Shown: one piece after another, positions 61,001 to 64,000 of the stretch
Numbering within the stretch: position 1 is the first letter of the stretch
How the letters are laid out: each line of letters begins with the position of its first letter
Assembly (NCBI GenBank): GCA_965112735.1
Contig: OZ218951.1
Coordinates: 124,001-188,000, forward strand
Direction of reading: 5' to 3'
DNA: 64,000 nt
Source of the DNA: Phaeosaccion multiseriatum
Lineage: Eukaryota > Protista > Ochrophyta, other classes
Position numbers and translations under genes: made by a program
Notes under the pieces: generated by a model
Seen by the model: only the letters and a program-made list of their open reading frames with translations
Told to the model about the DNA's origin: nothing
The model's database searches: none

Positions 61001-63196
61001 GCGTATTTGCGTCTCTGCGCTGTCCACCTCTCTGAAGGCCGGGGAGAGTGCCGCCCTGTTGGTGTCCAGGATTTCCTTCGCTGCCACCGCCACGCTGGCC
61101 ACCTGATGGCAGTCGATGGCAGTAGATGAGGGGTGAGGGGATGTGGATGGCAGTGGATGGAAGGAGGGGGGGCAGGACCCAAGCACGAGCAGAGCAGTGA
61201 CAGACACAGATGTACATGTCCGTGCAGATCGGTGGGTGAGGGGCGCGTCGTAAGGGGTAGCGAAGGCGCGAGGGCCAAGAGGGGACGAGGCACGAGAGAA
61301 GGGCAAGAGCGAGGGGCAAGGCCACATCAATGAGGGGGTGGTGGCATGTGTGTGTATACACAGCCCATCTGCCTCTAAATGCGTTACATTTTACCTTGTC
61401 CCACACCGAGGCGGGCACGTTGAGGGTGCCTGCCTCGGACAGGTCTGGAGTGCGCCCCTCCTTCTCAGCCACTTGCGCCTGGCCAGCGGGCAAGCAGAGG
61501 GCAGTTGGTGATACAGGGCAGCCAGAGTAGAGAGCAAGCCATCACACAACGGACAGGGTGGACACAGGCAGTAAGCAAAAGGGCAGGGGGCGGGAGAGAG
61601 GAAGGAGTTAATGCAAGGGGGAGTGCTAAGCGGACACAAACAAGAAGAGAAAATGATGGAATGTGAAGGCATGTCCAAGGCAGTGGGCGGTGCCACCGGG
61701 ACAGAAATGCAACGCGTTAGCGAAAATACGGCCGCGCTGTCCAGCTCGCCAAAGAGGGCAGGCTTCCTCGGTTGTGACGAAACCGCCACTCTCACTCTTG
61801 CGAATCTTGTAGACTCAGGTACCGGAGGCCTCACGTAGGGGGCAAAGGTAACCAAGTGGGAAAGTTCGCTAACCGAGCCCAGTCCTACGCACTGTCTACC
61901 CATGTGGCCCCTATTTCCTATCTTGTCTGATCTTGTCTGATCTTGCCTCGGAGCACGCAAAGAGGGTGAGGTTCCGCCGACAAGCGCGGTCCTGCCCCTG
62001 CAGCAGCAGTGGGTACAGCGGCTGAGCGGCTGATCAAAAGCCCCTCCAACCCACACAACCCACACAGCACATCCAGCTGCTCTACTCGATCTAACTGATC
62101 TAAGCGCTTCCTCTGCCCAGGCCCTTTCCAAGCGATAGACGGGAGGGGAGGGGTTGATTGTGGATTGTTATAGGATGCACTCCCCTCCCTCACCTTTCTG
62201 ACGAGCGTTCTGAGGATGGTGGCCCTCTCTATTTCGCGCTGGATGTCCCTCAGCACAGTGGCCGAGTCGCCTGCATCAGTCAAAAGGTGTCAGGACGAGG
62301 TGGGGGGTTGCCAACAGGTGTCAGGACGGGAACACGAGAAGAGCGAAGAACAACACGTGAGGGCCTCGAGATGACTCAGGGGAGGGGGATAGAGCTCTTG
62401 TGGCCAAAAGGAAGGGAGAGCGGCAGAGCAACACAAAGAGGGAGGGAACAGCGGCGAGAAGGCGCGGCGGTGACATCACACACCGAAGTGCGGGGGACAG
62501 AAGGTCAAGGGTTAGAGCTATGGTTTGTCGAGGGTAAGAGTACTGACCTGTGAGGGGAAGAAGGTCCAGTAGCACCGACTCAGTAAGGATGGGAGTGCCG
62601 AGGCGCGTGCGGTCCAGCACAGCAGCCAGGGCAGGAGAGGCACCCCACAACCCGGAGGGGAGGGGCCGAGGGCTGGCGGGCCACGGCATGAAGGGCACCA
62701 CGGACGCAACGAAGGCCCCGGACACCGACTGCTGGAGCATGGATCGCCGGTTCACGCCTCGCCCCCATGCTGAGGCCTCTCCTACCTGAGCCCTTGGTGC
62801 TGCTGCCTGCTCCTCGTTTTCCTCCTCCTCCTCCTCCTCCTCCCCCTTCCCCCCCCTACGCTGTGCTGCGAGTCTGTTGTATCGCTGCTGTTGTGGTTGG
62901 AACTGCCAAGGCCTGCCTCGCGTGTCGCCCCCACCGACTCCGCTGGTGATGAGCCTCCTCCTCCTCCTACACCTCCCATTGGTATTGCCTTTGCCCGTAC
63001 ACAGCGGCGCCACGGGCGCAAAGGCCGACACCCTCGTGGCCGTGCCCGCCGAGGACTCCCCCCCCTCCTGCACGCACAGCAGCGCTAGCACTGACACACC
63101 AAGACCCGCCACCACGCCCGCCCACCGAGGCCTCTGCCTCTGTCTTCGACGACTCGCCCCAGCGCCTCCCTCGGCCGCCTCTGCTCGCCGCCCCAT
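57834..63196 (-). CDS. Thylakoid-lumen cyclophilin of the CYP37/CYP38 (TLP40) family, ~11 exons
   Basis: Leader: hydrophobic signal, RVSAFAPVAP, twin-Arg NRRSMLQQ...PALA. Helical domain (VLRDIQREIER..., QEDALRLLADIGELMV), then IPRLL|GRAKVDI...LLIDGFSAPVTAGNFLDLCSRGFYN, GFVDPVTGSLRRLPLEI, PGAMGMNH...GS|SEFFW...LDGRYSIFAY|VRGESVLARLKEGDVI. Confidence 0.88.
58730..58888. repeat. 10-bp intronic tandem repeat (CTGCCATAGA)n, ~15 degenerate units
   Basis: Read directly; in a cyclophilin intron. Confidence 0.85.
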
Positions 63197-64000
63197 GTGA
63201 CTTGGTGTTACCTCTATCATGGCAGGGCTTCCTGTTGCGAAGCACTGTACGGGCATGCTCCCTGAGCTGCTCCTGCCCCTGTGGCGGCCCGTCGTGCCAA
63301 GGTAGTAAGCGGGTTGGGGGTGTCAGCTCTCTGCTCACGGTGGCACAGGCGCAGCACAGCAAGTCGGTCAAGGGAGTAAGAGAACATCGGCAGCACCCGC
63401 AGCAGAAGCAGCACAAGCATTGTCGGTCGATACGTGAGAACCTGTCCTATTGCACACGAGAACGCATCCCGGGCGGGGGTAGGATAAAACCTGAATGCAA
63501 GAGCTATAGGGAGCTTTGGCAAGTGCCCTGCTCTGGCAACAGCCCTTTCTTCCATTTCTTACAGCTCAGTCTTCTATTACTTACCTTCGTTGTGTCTCTT
63601 ACACACCCACTTTTCTTGATTCGTGCAAGATACCATCGTTGACTTAGGATTTTCGAGGCGGGCACCATATCCGGGCACCCCCACCCACCTCCACGGTCAA
63701 TAAATACACTCTCTATCCTACCCACCCACCCGTGCCTCTCTCTTCTACACCCCCGCTATGACTCACGTGCTTCGCAGCTGTGCCAAGCATGCGAGGAGCG
63801 CCCCGTGTATGTCGCATCTAGGCGGCAGTCGCAGCAGTAGGAGCCGGGAGAGAAAGAGTAGCAGCAGCGGCTCAGTGCTCGTCCCCGCCCACGTCGCCAG
63901 CAGAAGGCCCAGGCCACCGGAGATTGGCGGTGCGGTATGCCTCCCGTTGCAGGAGGAGGATTGTCCTCTTCGTCACGCAGCGCCGGGCTGTATCCAGGGG

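Noticed and set aside
63809-64000. Open frame MSHLGGSRSSRSRERK... running off the window end
   Set aside because: Could be the start of a gene divergent from the cyclophilin, but it is too short and featureless to support.
1-64000. Prokaryotic operon, prophage, transposase/RT or structural RNA genes
   Set aside because: None recognised; even the bacterial-like genes (gdmH, DUF71, RCC1 with GEMGD inserts) are interrupted by spliceosomal introns.

Overview
Eukaryotic, GC-rich, intron-dense nuclear DNA, most likely from an alga with a red-derived secondary plastid. A signal peptide + SAFAP + transit peptide leader points to an ochrophyte/heterokont; the species cannot be determined. Most of the supplied ORF track is noise from microsatellite-filled introns, so genes were rebuilt by hand from GT/GC-AG boundaries. 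About 12 genes are present: the 3' part of a spliced GdmH-type guanidine hydrolase; a short and a giant Glu-rich TM-TPR paralogue pair; a DUF71/Dph6-like PP-loop ATPase head-to-head with an mTERF gene; a multi-C2 protein with an HCN/EAG-like S1-S4 module but no visible pore; a coiled-coil protein; a DUF2358-like protein; two tandem RCC1-propeller/TAAP-stalk/TM receptor-like genes plus a decayed third terminal exon; a hypothetical protein; and a thylakoid-lumen CYP37/CYP38-type cyclophilin. The best candidate for an undescribed system is the RCC1 receptor pair. One aligned intron is about 98% identical between the paralogues while its flanking exons carry dense, almost purely non-synonymous changes. 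The pair also has a 5-nt microexon, modular phase-0 stalk exons and C-terminal acidic dileucine tails. A small set of 11-13-mer motifs is scattered through introns and coding sequence across the window. No prokaryotic systems, CRISPR arrays, rRNA/tRNA or transposase ORFs were recognised.
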